NCBI GenBank assembly: GCA_947629555.1
Contig: CANRED010000002.1
Location: 3,071 to 67,070, forward strand
Origin: an uncultured Clostridia bacterium
GTDB lineage: Bacteria > Bacillota > Clostridia > TANB77 > CAG-508
Length of the DNA: 64,000 bases
Reading direction: 5' to 3'
How positions within the stretch are numbered: the first letter of the stretch is position 1; each line of letters begins with the position of its first letter. The notes below the pieces were generated by a model. The model ran no database searches, had not been told where the DNA came from, and was given only the letters and a program-made list of their open reading frames with translations. The position numbers and the translations under genes were made by a program. Of this stretch, positions 1 to 9,128 are shown piece after piece.

Positions 1-774
1 GCTGTAAAGTATTATACAAATGCAGAAGAATTTACAAATTGGGTAACAACCAACTTAGATTGGGTTAATGCAAACATGGCAATGAGAAACAATAAATACT
101 TAAAAAACAGTCATGAAGAATTTGATGTTGACCAAAAAATTTTTAATATAAATACGGGAGATAATGATCCCGAAGACCCAACCTCAATATTTGCACAACA
201 TAAAACCAATGTCATAAAATATTCAATACAGGATAATTTAAATCAAGCGATAACTGCATATAGTCAAGGATCAGTTTCAACATATGATTTCAAATTACCT
301 AATTTGGATTTAGATGAGTGGGATAGAGTAGCCTCTAATATATGTATGCTAACGTTTATGCAAGGTGTACCAATAGGAACTAAATATTATAATGGATATT
401 CATTAGTGCAAAGCACTAGAAATAAATTATATGTTTCACCAGATAGTTTATACTTTATATCAGAAGGAGATAATTATTATCATAAAATAGATTGTCCATA
501 CCTACAAGGAGATAATATACAGGGATTCTCTAATTTCGATTTTTTACCTAAAAAATCAAGTGTAAGATCTGATGAAGATCCATATTATATGTATGTAGAT
601 GAATATGGAAATCCATTGCAGGCATGTTACTATTGTATTGTAGATTCTAATAATTATGAAAGCGTAAATTGGACTACCATTGTTGCAAAAAGAAAGGCAT
701 ATTATACGGCTTTAGCAAGAGAAAAATATAGAAGATATACAGCAACTGATAACCTAGAATATAATATTAATTAA
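1..774 (+). CDS. hypothetical protein, 5' end outside the window
   Basis: Frame 1 is open from base 1 into the listed ORF 76..774 (stop TAA 772-774). No family recognised by eye. A hairpin terminator follows. Confidence 0.5.
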   Translation, partial: AVKYYTNAEEFTNWVTTNLDWVNANMAMRNNKYLKNSHEEFDVDQKIFNINTGDNDPEDPTSIFAQHKTNVIKYSIQDNLNQAITAYSQGSVSTYDFKLPNLDLDEWDRVASNICMLTFMQGVPIGTKYYNGYSLVQSTRNKLYVSPDSLYFISEGDNYYHKIDCPYLQGDNIQGFSNFDFLPKKSSVRSDEDPYYMYVDEYGNPLQACYYCIVDSNNYESVNWTTIVAKRKAYYTALAREKYRRYTATDNLEYNIN

Positions 775-780
775 AAAAAC

Positions 781-820
781 AAATGAGATACTAAAAAAAT
801 TAGTATCTCATTTGTTTTTA
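781..820. terminator. bidirectional rho-independent terminator between convergent genes
   Basis: AAATGAGATACT (781-792) pairs with AGTATCTCATTT (802-813). A- and T-rich runs flank the stem on both sides. Confidence 0.7.
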
Positions 821-827
821 GTTATTA

Positions 828-1382
828 CTAAATTTCCATTTGACTACTTAAAAATCCTGCTGCCGATTGTACTACTTTAAGTTCTGTTTCTCCCATTTTT
901 GCATTTTGTTCTTTTGAAAGTAAAATAACACTACCAATTACGTCACCATCAGATACAATCGGATATATAACTTGTGAATTATATTTTCTTTCTTTATTAT
1001 CGTTTTGAGTTATAGGTAAAGCAATTTCATTATTTTCTTTACTAGTGTAAACTTCTTTATTTTCTAAAACTTTTTCAAGTTCTGGACTTAAAGTTTGTTC
1101 TAAAAATTCCTTTTTAGAACCACCAGAAACTGCTATAACTGTGTCTTTATCTGTTATACAAGCAATATGACCTGTTGTTCTAGATAAAGTTTCTGCATAA
1201 CCACTAGCAAATTCAGAAAGTTCTCCAATAGGAGAATATTTTTTTAATATAACTTCTCCTTCTTTATCTGTAAAAATTTCTAAAGGATCACCTTCTTTTA
1301 TGTGTAAAGTTCTACGAATTTCTTTTGGTATAACAATTCTTCCTAGATCATCAATTCTTCTAACTACTCCTGTTGCCTTCAA
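828..1382 (-). CDS. spoVT: stage V sporulation protein T (AbrB-family regulator with GAF-like C-terminal domain)
   Basis: N-terminus KATGVVRRIDDLGRIVIPKEIRRTLHIKEGDPLEIF is the SpoVT/AbrB swapped-hairpin motif. I place the start at TTG 1380-1382, which is preceded by AAGGAGG; the tracked ORF extends further upstream through promoter-like sequence. Confidence 0.9.
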   Translation of the reverse strand: MKATGVVRRIDDLGRIVIPKEIRRTLHIKEGDPLEIFTDKEGEVILKKYSPIGELSEFASGYAETLSRTTGHIACITDKDTVIAVSGGSKKEFLEQTLSPELEKVLENKEVYTSKENNEIALPITQNDNKERKYNSQVIYPIVSDGDVIGSVILLSKEQNAKMGETELKVVQSAAGFLSSQMEI

Positions 1383-1594
1383 ACTAATTACCTCCTTTAT
1401 TTTAACGCAAAGTACACTGATAAAAATATGGTGTCTTAGCCAAATTACACTAATTTTTGTGTTTATAAATAGTATTACTGCAAAAAAACTTTTTATACAC
1501 AAAATTTACAAAAAAATGCAATGTTTTTTTGTAAAACACTTGTAAAAACTAATGAAAAGTGTGTATAATATAACTGTTTATAGGAGGAATAATA

Positions 1595-3355
1595 ATGAAA
1601 GCAATCGAATTAAGAGAAAAATATTTAAATTTTTTTAAAAGTAAAGGACATACTATAATACCAAGTAGTTCATTAATACCGGAAAATGATCCATCTGTAT
1701 TATTTACTACAGCAGGAATGCATCCACTAGTACCATACTTATTAGGAGAGGCTCATCCAGGTGGAAAAAGACTTACAGATTATCAAAAATGCTTACGTAC
1801 AGATGATATAGAAGAAGTTGGAGATACAGGACATTTAACATATTTTGAAATGATGGGTAACTGGTCTTTAGGAGACTATTTTAAACAAGAATCAATAAAT
1901 ATGAGTTATGAGTTTTTAACAAAGGAACTAGGAATTCCAAGTGAAAAAATATCTGTAACTTGTTTTGAAGGAGATAAGGATTGTCCAAGAGATAGTGAAG
2001 CAGCAGAAATTTGGGAGAAGGTAGGAATTCCAAAAGAAAGAATATATTTCTTTGGTAAAAAAGAAAATTGGTGGGGACCAGCAGGAACACATGGGCCATG
2101 TGGACCAGATACAGAAATATTTTATGATACAGGAAAAGAAAAATGTTCAGATAACTGTAATCCAGCTTGTAATTGTGGAAAATACTTAGAAATATGGAAT
2201 AATGTATTTATGCAATATAACAAAACAGAAGATGGAAAATATGAAGAGTTAAAGCAAAAGAATGTAGATACAGGTTTAGGACTAGAAAGAACAACAATGA
2301 TACTACAAGGAAAAGAAAATGTATTTGAAATAGAAATATTTAAACCAATTATAGATAAATTAGATAGTTTAGCATTAAATAAAAATAATGAAAGTTATAG
2401 AATTATTGCAGACCATTTAAGAGCAAGTATAATGCTAATATTAGATGGGGTAAAACCAAGCAATATAGAGCAAGGTTATATATTAAGAAGATTAGTAAGA
2501 AGAGTAATAAGACATTTAAGAAAATTAGGAATAGACACTAATGAATTAAGAAATATTGCAAAATTAAATATAGATACAATTAAGAACATGTATCCAGAAT
2601 TAGAGAAAAAACAAAATGAAATATTAAATACATTAGAAGAAGAAAAAAATAAATTTATAAAAACATTGGAAAATGGAGAAAAAGAATTCGAAAAAGCAAT
2701 AAATAAAGCAAAGCAAGAAGGAAAAGATGTAATAGATGCATCAACAGTATTTAAGTTATACGAAACTTATGGATTTCCAACAGAAATAACAGAAGAGTTG
2801 GCAAAGGAACAAGGATTTAAAATAAATAATGAAGAAGTAGAAAAACTATATAAAGAGCATCAAGAAAAATCTAGGGTAGGAGCAGAGCAGAAATTTAAAG
2901 GTGGATTAGCAGAAAGAAATGAAGAAACAATATGTTATCATACAGCAACACACCTTTTGCATAAAGCATTGAGAATAGTATTAGGCGATCATGTTGCACA
3001 AAAGGGTTCAAATATTACAACAGAACGACTTAGATTTGACTTTTCACATCCACAAAAAGTAACGCCAGAAGAACTAAAAAAGGTAGAAGATATCGTTAAC
3101 GAGCAAATACAAAGAGATTTACCAGTTGTATGTGAAGAAATGACACTAGAAGAAGCAAAGAAAAGTGGAGCGATAGGTTTATTTGAAAATAAATATGGAG
3201 AAAGAGTAAAAGTATATACAATAGGGGATTTCAGTAAAGAAATATGTGGAGGACCACATGTAGAGCATACAGCACAATTAGGAAAATTTGTAATAAAAAA
3301 AGAAGAAGCAAGTTCTGCAGGAGTAAGAAGAATAAAAGCAATATTAATAAGATAA
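1595..3355 (+). CDS. alaS: alanine--tRNA ligase, short form (586 aa) with no C-Ala domain
   Basis: Class II AlaRS N-terminus (FFKSKGHTIIPSSSLIPENDPSVLFTTAGM, YFEMMGNWSLGDYFK, GPCGPDTEIF). Editing-core motifs HTATHLLH and CGGPHV are present. The protein ends just after GVRRIKAI. Confidence 0.85.
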   Translation: MKAIELREKYLNFFKSKGHTIIPSSSLIPENDPSVLFTTAGMHPLVPYLLGEAHPGGKRLTDYQKCLRTDDIEEVGDTGHLTYFEMMGNWSLGDYFKQESINMSYEFLTKELGIPSEKISVTCFEGDKDCPRDSEAAEIWEKVGIPKERIYFFGKKENWWGPAGTHGPCGPDTEIFYDTGKEKCSDNCNPACNCGKYLEIWNNVFMQYNKTEDGKYEELKQKNVDTGLGLERTTMILQGKENVFEIEIFKPIIDKLDSLALNKNNESYRIIADHLRASIMLILDGVKPSNIEQGYILRRLVRRVIRHLRKLGIDTNELRNIAKLNIDTIKNMYPELEKKQNEILNTLEEEKNKFIKTLENGEKEFEKAINKAKQEGKDVIDASTVFKLYETYGFPTEITEELAKEQGFKINNEEVEKLYKEHQEKSRVGAEQKFKGGLAERNEETICYHTATHLLHKALRIVLGDHVAQKGSNITTERLRFDFSHPQKVTPEELKKVEDIVNEQIQRDLPVVCEEMTLEEAKKSGAIGLFENKYGERVKVYTIGDFSKEICGGPHVEHTAQLGKFVIKKEEASSAGVRRIKAILIR

Positions 3356-3370
3356 AACTTTCCTTCATTG

Positions 3371-3428
3371 TGTAGGGAACAGACCAACGTCGTTCCGTTT
3401 GAGGTGTCACCGAAGGTGACGGAGGGTT
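3371..3428 (+). repeat. REP-like unit A plus module 2 hairpin
   Basis: TGTAGGGAACAGACCAACGTCGTTCCGTT (3371-3399) is identical to 59324-59352. It is followed by GTCACCgaaGGTGAC (3406-3420) and GAGGGTT. Confidence 0.85.
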
Positions 3429-3442
3429 CTGATTTAAAATAA

Positions 3443-3796
<354 letters not shown>

Positions 3797-3862
3797 AATC
3801 TAGACTAAAATTCATAAATATGTTATAATAAATATATATGGATTTCTAGGAGGTGTTAAAAC

Positions 3863-4552
3863 ATGTTTGATAGAAAATATGGAAAAGTTTTAACAGTATT
3901 CTTAATAATTGCAATAATAGCAATAATTGCTTTATTAGGTTTTTGGTTATATGATAATATAAAAGGAGATAAAATAAAAAAAGATGCAGAAGCTGGAATA
4001 GAAGAGTTTAATAAAAACAATGGAATTACAGCAGATGCAACACCAGACGTTGAAGAGTCTCCAGATGTAGATGATAGTGAAATACCAGACATAGTAGAAA
4101 CATCACCAATACCTTCTATAAATACTGGAAGTGGTTCAAGTCAAAATAAATATGGTGGATTTGTAATGTTAGGATATATTGAAATACCAAGAAACGATGT
4201 AAAAGTGCCAATATTAGAAAAGGCTACTCCAAAATCACTTCAAATAGCAGTAGGAACTATATATCCAGCACATCCAGAATTAAATGAACCTGGAAATGTA
4301 GTAATTGCAGGTCACAATTATAGAAATAAATTATTCTTTTCAAACAATAAAAAATTAGAAAATGGGGACAAAATATACATAACTGATGCAAGTGGAAGAA
4401 AATTAACTTATGAGGTATATGATAAATTTGAAGCAACTCCTGAAGATACATCTTTTTATTTAAGAGATACAAATGGAGTCCCAGAAATTACATTAACTAC
4501 TTGTACACAAGATAGTAGTAAAAGAATGATAATTTTAGCAAAAGCCCAATAA
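3863..4552 (+). CDS. sortase family transpeptidase, N-terminally membrane anchored
   Basis: An N-terminal TM helix is followed by VIAGHNYRN (catalytic His region) and the ITLTTCTQ (TLxTC) catalytic Cys motif. Confidence 0.8.
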   Translation: MFDRKYGKVLTVFLIIAIIAIIALLGFWLYDNIKGDKIKKDAEAGIEEFNKNNGITADATPDVEESPDVDDSEIPDIVETSPIPSINTGSGSSQNKYGGFVMLGYIEIPRNDVKVPILEKATPKSLQIAVGTIYPAHPELNEPGNVVIAGHNYRNKLFFSNNKKLENGDKIYITDASGRKLTYEVYDKFEATPEDTSFYLRDTNGVPEITLTTCTQDSSKRMIILAKAQ

Positions 4553-4557
4553 AATGC

Positions 4558-4586
4558 TTGACAAATTAAATAATATAGATTAAAAT
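4558..4586 (+). promoter_or_regulatory. sigma-A type promoter upstream of the tRNA pair
   Basis: TTGACA (4558-4563), 17-nt spacer, TAAAAT (4581-4586). Confidence 0.55.
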
Positions 4587-4588
4587 AT

Positions 4589-4623
4589 AAATTACTGTTT
4601 GATTTTAAATCAAACAGTAATTT
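4589..4623. repeat. 35-nt near-perfect palindrome between the promoter and tRNA-His
   Basis: AAATTACTGTTTGATTT (4589-4605) pairs with AAATCAAACAGTAATTT (4607-4623), leaving one central base. Confidence 0.8.
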
Positions 4624-4626
4624 AAT

Positions 4627-4704
4627 GGTGGATGTAGCTCAGTTGGTTAGAGCGCTAGTTTGTGGCACTAGAGGCCGTGGGTTCGAGTCCCATCTTCCAC
4701 CCCA
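4627..4704 (+). tRNA. tRNA-His (GTG)
   Basis: Manual cloverleaf: an extra G-1 faces discriminator C, D arm GCTC/GAGC, anticodon loop TTGTGGC, T loop TTCGAGT, CCA encoded. There is one T-T mismatch in the acceptor stem. Confidence 0.85.
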
Positions 4705-4721
4705 CAAACTAAATATTACAT

Positions 4722-4797
4722 TGGGGTGTAGCCAAGTGGTAAGGCACCAGACTTTGACTCTGGCATTTCGGCGGTTCGAGTCCTCCCACCCCAGCCA
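4722..4797 (+). tRNA. tRNA-Gln (TTG)
   Basis: Acceptor TGGGGTG/CACCCCA, anticodon stem CCAGA/TCTGG with loop CTTTGAC, T loop TTCGAGT, CCA encoded. Confidence 0.85.
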
Positions 4798-4856
4798 AAT
4801 AATGAGAAATTTACAATAAGTAGATTTCTTTTTTTATGGGAAAATCGATGCAGACT

Positions 4857-4890
4857 GTAGGGGTCGCTTAGGTCAAGCGACCCCTTTTTT
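4857..4890 (+). repeat. REP-like variant B (GTAG plus alternative GC stem), terminator-like
   Basis: GTAG followed by GGGGTCGCTT aggtc AAGCGACCCC and then TTTTTT. Confidence 0.8.
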
Positions 4891-4932
4891 AGTGAATGGT
4901 GAAGAGTGAATAGTTAATAATGAATGGTACAA
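4891..4932. repeat. three tandem copies of a 14-bp unit
   Basis: AGTGAATGGTgaag / AGTGAATAGTtaat / AATGAATGGTacaa, starting at 4891, 4905 and 4919. Confidence 0.6.
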
Positions 4933-4955
4933 AATTTGCTTTGGCAAATTTTGCT

Positions 4956-4983
4956 GTAGGGAACAGACCGGGGCGTCGTTCCG
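4956..4983 (+). repeat. REP-like unit C
   Basis: GTAGGGAACAGACCGGGGCGTCGTTCCG, preceded by a separate 9-bp hairpin AAAATTTGC/GCAAATTTT (4931-4952). Confidence 0.8.
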
Positions 4984-5008
4984 TATGGCTCTACACACTA
5001 AAGCGAAT

Positions 5009-5042
5009 CAAAAAACATGCGGGTTGTAAATTTACAACCCGC
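5009..5042 (-). terminator. rho-independent terminator of the small minus-strand ORF
   Basis: GCGGGTTGTAAA/TTTACAACCCGC is a perfect 12-bp stem (5019-5042), followed by a T-run on the minus strand (A-run 5010-5015). Confidence 0.75.
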
Positions 5043-5053
5043 GTGCCGATTAG

Positions 5054-5284
5054 TTAAAGACGAGGGAATCTATCCCTAAGTGCTTTATTGACTGCTGCCA
5101 ATACAGACTCACATTCTTGTCTTCTAATCTTAAGAGACTCGATTTGGGTTCGAGTTTTCTGAGAATTTGGCTTATTTGAGAATTTCAAAATAGCTGCAAT
5201 GTGTTTATCGATATTAGCTATCTGTAATTCAAGCCGTCCCTTAGATAATTGGAGATCGTTTTGATGAATCATATCAGGTCCCAT
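5054..5284 (-). CDS. small hypothetical protein (76 aa, predicted helical)
   Basis: I place the start at ATG 5282-5284, preceded by AAAGGAGG. It has its own terminator. Codon choice (CGG, CGA, CGT, CTC, ATC) is atypical for this AT-rich window. Confidence 0.55.
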   Translation of the reverse strand: MGPDMIHQNDLQLSKGRLELQIANIDKHIAAILKFSNKPNSQKTRTQIESLKIRRQECESVLAAVNKALRDRFPRL

Positions 5285-5445
5285 GTAAAGACCTCCTTTC
5301 AAAAATTTATAATTTAATTATACTATAAAATTATAAAAATGGCAAATAATTGAAATAAAATGATAAAATAGTGTTGCAAAATATACATAATGTGATATAA
5401 TATAAAGGCTTTTTAGCAATATGTAAAAGAAGGGAAGAATAATAA

Positions 5446-6738
5446 ATGAGTTTAAAAATTGAAAAAACAGAGCAAAAAAACGAATTAAAATTAGAATTTA
5501 GCATAGAGGCAGAAAAATTTGATAATGCAATAAAAACAGTATACGAAAAAAATGCTAAATACTTTAATATACCAGGATTTAGAAAAGGTAAAGCACCAAT
5601 GAATATAGTAGAAAAATATTATGGAAAAGAAATATTTTATGAAGATGCGTTCAATGAAATAGTACCAGAAATATATGATAATGAATTAAAAGAAAATAAC
5701 GTAGAAGCAGTTAGCAAACCACAAATAGATATAGTGCAAATGGAAAAAGGAAAAGATTTAATATTTACAGCAATAGTTCAAACAAAGCCAGAGGTAAAAC
5801 TTGGAAAATATAAAGGTATAGAAGTAGAAAAAGTTGAGTATAATGTATCTGATGAAGATGTTGAACATGAATTAGGACACATGGCAGAAAAGAATGCAAG
5901 ATTAATTACTATAGAAGATAGACCAGTTGAAAATGGAGATATTACAGTAATAGATTTTGAAGGATTTGTTGATGGTAAAGCTTTTGAAGGTGGTAAGGCA
6001 GAAGGACATGAATTAACAATAGGAAGTAATACTTTTATTCCAGGATTTGAAGATCAAATTATAGGAATGAAAATAGACGAAGAAAAAGATATAAATGTTA
6101 AGTTCCCAGAACAATATTTTTCAGAAGAATTAGCTGGAAAAGATGCAGTATTTAAAGTAAAACTACACGAAATAAAGAAAAAAGAATTACCAGCAATAGA
6201 TGATGAACTTGCAAAAGATATAAGTGAATTTGATACATTGGCAGAACTAAAAGCAAGCATAAAAGAAAAAATACAAAAAGAAAATGAAACAAGAGCAAAA
6301 TACGAAACAGAAGATGCAGTTATAAAAGCTGTTGCAGAAAAAACTGAAATTGATATTCCATCTGGTATGATAGATGCAGAAATAGAAAACAACATAAAAG
6401 ATGTTGAAAATAGATTAAGCTATCAAGGAGCAACATTAGATCAATACTTAAAAATGATGGGAAAAACAATGGAAGAATTTAAAAATGAATATAAACCACA
6501 AGCAGAACAAACTGTAAAACAAAGATTAATATTAGATGCAGTTGCTATTGCAGAAAATATAGAAGTTGAAGAAAAAGAGATAGATGAAAAAATAAAAGAA
6601 ATGGCAGAAAGATATGGTAAAAAAGAAGAAGAAATAAAAAATAACGAACAATTAAGAAATTACATAAAACAAAACAATAAAATAGAAAAAACAATAGCAT
6701 TCTTAGTAGACAATGCAAAACTTAAAACAGCAAAGTAG
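5446..6738 (+). CDS. tig: trigger factor
   Basis: N-terminal ribosome-binding motif GFRKGKAP, a central FKBP-like PPIase region, 430 aa, and the conserved tig-clpP-clpX gene order. Confidence 0.95.
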   Translation: MSLKIEKTEQKNELKLEFSIEAEKFDNAIKTVYEKNAKYFNIPGFRKGKAPMNIVEKYYGKEIFYEDAFNEIVPEIYDNELKENNVEAVSKPQIDIVQMEKGKDLIFTAIVQTKPEVKLGKYKGIEVEKVEYNVSDEDVEHELGHMAEKNARLITIEDRPVENGDITVIDFEGFVDGKAFEGGKAEGHELTIGSNTFIPGFEDQIIGMKIDEEKDINVKFPEQYFSEELAGKDAVFKVKLHEIKKKELPAIDDELAKDISEFDTLAELKASIKEKIQKENETRAKYETEDAVIKAVAEKTEIDIPSGMIDAEIENNIKDVENRLSYQGATLDQYLKMMGKTMEEFKNEYKPQAEQTVKQRLILDAVAIAENIEVEEKEIDEKIKEMAERYGKKEEEIKNNEQLRNYIKQNNKIEKTIAFLVDNAKLKTAK

Positions 6739-6746
6739 AATCGCTT

Positions 6747-6816
6747 GTAAGGAACAGACCAGGGCGTCGCTTCCGTTCATCAAAGGCATACTTAATATGC
6801 TAAGGATTATAATAAA
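6747..6816 (+). repeat. REP-like unit D (degenerate GTAA) plus module 3
   Basis: GTAAGGAACAGACCAGGGCGTCGCTTCCG, then CCGTTCATCAAAGGCATACTTAATATGCTAAGGATTATAATAAA. The second part is about 85 percent identical by eye to 46421-46466. Confidence 0.8.
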
Positions 6817-6834
6817 TTCAAAGGAGGAAAAGAT

Positions 6835-7437
6835 ATGATAAACGATAGTTTAGTACCTTATGTAATTGAACAAACAAACAGAGGAGAAAGGTCTTATGAC
6901 ATATTCTCAAGATTATTAAAGGACAGAATAATATTTTTAAGTGAAGATGTAAATCAAGCAACAGCTAGTTTAGTAGTTGCACAAATGTTATTTCTAGAAT
7001 CAGAAGATCCAGACAAAGAAATACATTTTTATATAAATAGTCCAGGTGGATCTATAACAGATGGAATGGCAATATATGATACAATAAATTATATAAAATG
7101 CCCAGTATCTACAATATGTGTAGGTATGGCAGCAAGTATGGGAGCATTTCTTTTAGCAGCAGGAACAAAAGGAAAAAGATTTGCTACACCAAATGCTGAG
7201 ATAATGATACATCAGCCATTAATAGGTGGAGGCGGAATTACAGGTCAAACAACAGAAATAAAAATTCATGCTGAACACATGGTAAGAACTAGAGAAAAAT
7301 TAAATAGAATATTAAGTGAAAGAACAGGAAAACCACTAGAGCAAATAGAAAAAGATACAGAAAGAGATAACTTTATGACAGCTGAGCAAGCATTGGAATA
7401 TGGAATAATTGACGGAATAATGGATAAAAGAGTATAA
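6835..7437 (+). CDS. clpP: ATP-dependent Clp protease proteolytic subunit
   Basis: Typical ClpP sequence ([18 protein letters not shown], active-site [17 protein letters not shown]). Confidence 0.95.
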   Translation: MINDSLVPYVIEQTNRGERSYDIFSRLLKDRIIFLSEDVNQATASLVVAQMLFLESEDPDKEIHFYINSPGGSITDGMAIYDTINYIKCPVSTICVGMAASMGAFLLAAGTKGKRFATPNAEIMIHQPLIGGGGITGQTTEIKIHAEHMVRTREKLNRILSERTGKPLEQIEKDTERDNFMTAEQALEYGIIDGIMDKRV

Positions 7438-7495
7438 TTCTAAAGAAGAAAAATAGAAGTATATTTACTTCTACAAAAGAAAGGAATGTAAATTA

Positions 7496-8809
7496 ATGTC
7501 TAATAAAAATGAGATTTCCAAGGGAATAAGATGTTCTTTCTGTGGCAAAAGCCAAGAATTAGTTAAAAAAATTATTGCGGGACCAAGTGTATATATATGT
7601 GATGAATGTATAGAAGTCTGCAATAGTATATTAGAAAACGAAACATTTGAAGATGTTGAATATGAAGACGTAAAAAAAGAAAAAATACCAACACCAGCCG
7701 AAATAAAAAAGATATTAGATGAATATGTTATAGGTCAAGAAAATGCTAAAAAAACATTAGCAGTGGCAGTTTATAATCATTATAAAAGAATAAATAATGA
7801 AGAAGCTATAGAAGATGTTGAAATACAAAAAAGTAATGTATTACTTATTGGACCTACAGGATGTGGAAAAACAGAACTTGCAAAAACATTAGCAAGAATA
7901 TTAAATGTACCTTTTGCTATAGCAGATGCAACAACACTTACAGAAGCAGGATATGTTGGAGAAGATGTTGAAAATATTTTGTTAAAACTTATTCAAGCAG
8001 CTGATCAGGATATAGAAAAAGCTGAAAAAGGTATAATATATATAGACGAAATAGATAAGATATCAAGAAAATCTGAAAATCCATCTATAACAAGAGATGT
8101 TAGTGGTGAAGGTGTACAACAAGCGTTATTAAAAATAATAGAAGGTACAGTTGCTTCAGTTCCGCCACAAGGTGGAAGGAAACATCCACATCAAGAGTTT
8201 TTACAAATAAATACTGAAAACATATTATTTATTTGTGGTGGTGCTTTTGAAGGATTAGAAAATATAATAAAAGATAGAACTGGTAAAAAATCTATAGGTT
8301 TTGGTGCTTCAATAGAAAGCAAAAAAGATGCAGACAAATATAAAATTCTTCAAGATATGTTACCACAAGATTTATTAAAATTTGGTATGATACCAGAGTT
8401 TATAGGAAGATTGCCTATAATAGCAACATTAGAGGAATTAGATAAAAATGCATTAATAGAAATAGTAACTAAACCAAAAAATGCATTAATAAAACAATAC
8501 AAAAAATTATTTGAATTAGATGATGTAGAATTAGAATTTGAGCATGATGCACTAGAATTAATAGTTGAAAAGGCAATAGAAAGAAACACTGGTGCTAGAG
8601 GATTAAGATCAATAATAGAAGATACAATGAGAGATATAATGTTTGAAATACCAGGAAATAGCAAAATAGAAAAATGTATAATAACAAAAGCAACAGTAGA
8701 AGGAAAAGAAGGACCAAAGCTAACAATAAATGAAAACAAACAGCCTAAGGATACAATAAAAAAGAAAAAATTATCTTCAACAAATAGAAAAGATGATAAA
8801 ACAGCATAA
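7496..8809 (+). CDS. clpX: ATP-dependent Clp protease ATP-binding subunit ClpX
   Basis: N-terminal zinc finger CSFCGK...CDEC, Walker A GPTGCGKT, Walker [10 protein letters not shown]. Confidence 0.95.
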   Translation: MSNKNEISKGIRCSFCGKSQELVKKIIAGPSVYICDECIEVCNSILENETFEDVEYEDVKKEKIPTPAEIKKILDEYVIGQENAKKTLAVAVYNHYKRINNEEAIEDVEIQKSNVLLIGPTGCGKTELAKTLARILNVPFAIADATTLTEAGYVGEDVENILLKLIQAADQDIEKAEKGIIYIDEIDKISRKSENPSITRDVSGEGVQQALLKIIEGTVASVPPQGGRKHPHQEFLQINTENILFICGGAFEGLENIIKDRTGKKSIGFGASIESKKDADKYKILQDMLPQDLLKFGMIPEFIGRLPIIATLEELDKNALIEIVTKPKNALIKQYKKLFELDDVELEFEHDALELIVEKAIERNTGARGLRSIIEDTMRDIMFEIPGNSKIEKCIITKATVEGKEGPKLTINENKQPKDTIKKKKLSSTNRKDDKTA

Positions 8810-8888
8810 AAATATAATAATATGAACATAAAGGGTACTAAAAAAGTGCCCTTTTATATTGCTTATATTTAACAATGAAACTAAAAAC

Positions 8889-8917
8889 TTGAAAAAAATG
8901 GAAATATGTGGTATAAT
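8889..8917 (+). promoter_or_regulatory. near-consensus sigma-A promoter
   Basis: TTGAAA (8889-8894), 17-nt spacer, TATAAT (8912-8917). Confidence 0.65.
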
Positions 8918-8949
8918 TTATGTATACTTTATAAAGGAGGTTTGACATC

Positions 8950-9111
8950 ATGAGTAAGAAAAAACGGTCATTACAAAAGCAGGCAAAACAAAATTCACCG
9001 GCGAGGAAGGCAAAGGCTGCTAAAAAAGCTAAATATGCTTCTCCTGAATCAAAAATCAGATGGGAGCAAAAAAAGGCCGCTAGGCAGAAAAGGCAAGGAC
9101 CTTCGAAATGA
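8950..9111 (+). CDS. small Lys/Ala/Arg-rich basic protein (53 aa), absent from the ORF track
   Basis: AAGGAGG (8934-8940) lies 9 nt before the ATG. Translation: MSKKKRSLQKQAKQNSPARKAKAAKKAKYASPESKIRWEQKKAARQKRQGPSK. It has its own promoter and terminator. Confidence 0.6.
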   Translation: MSKKKRSLQKQAKQNSPARKAKAAKKAKYASPESKIRWEQKKAARQKRQGPSK

Positions 9112-9128
9112 GCAGTAAATTTTGCTTT

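Noticed and set aside
1503-1594. Expected T-box leaders upstream of alaS (1503-1594) and argS (49740-49978).
   Set aside because: No specifier-hairpin/T-box consensus (AGAGA-type stem I features, or the conserved T-box sequence paired with a terminator) is visible. The alaS leader is too short, at about 90 nt. The argS upstream region instead contains the AT-rich foldback and a promoter.
4625-4819. 64-aa plus-strand ORF.
   Set aside because: It simply reads through the tRNA-His and tRNA-Gln genes. The same applies to ORF 18452..18667 over tRNA-Gly and its terminator.
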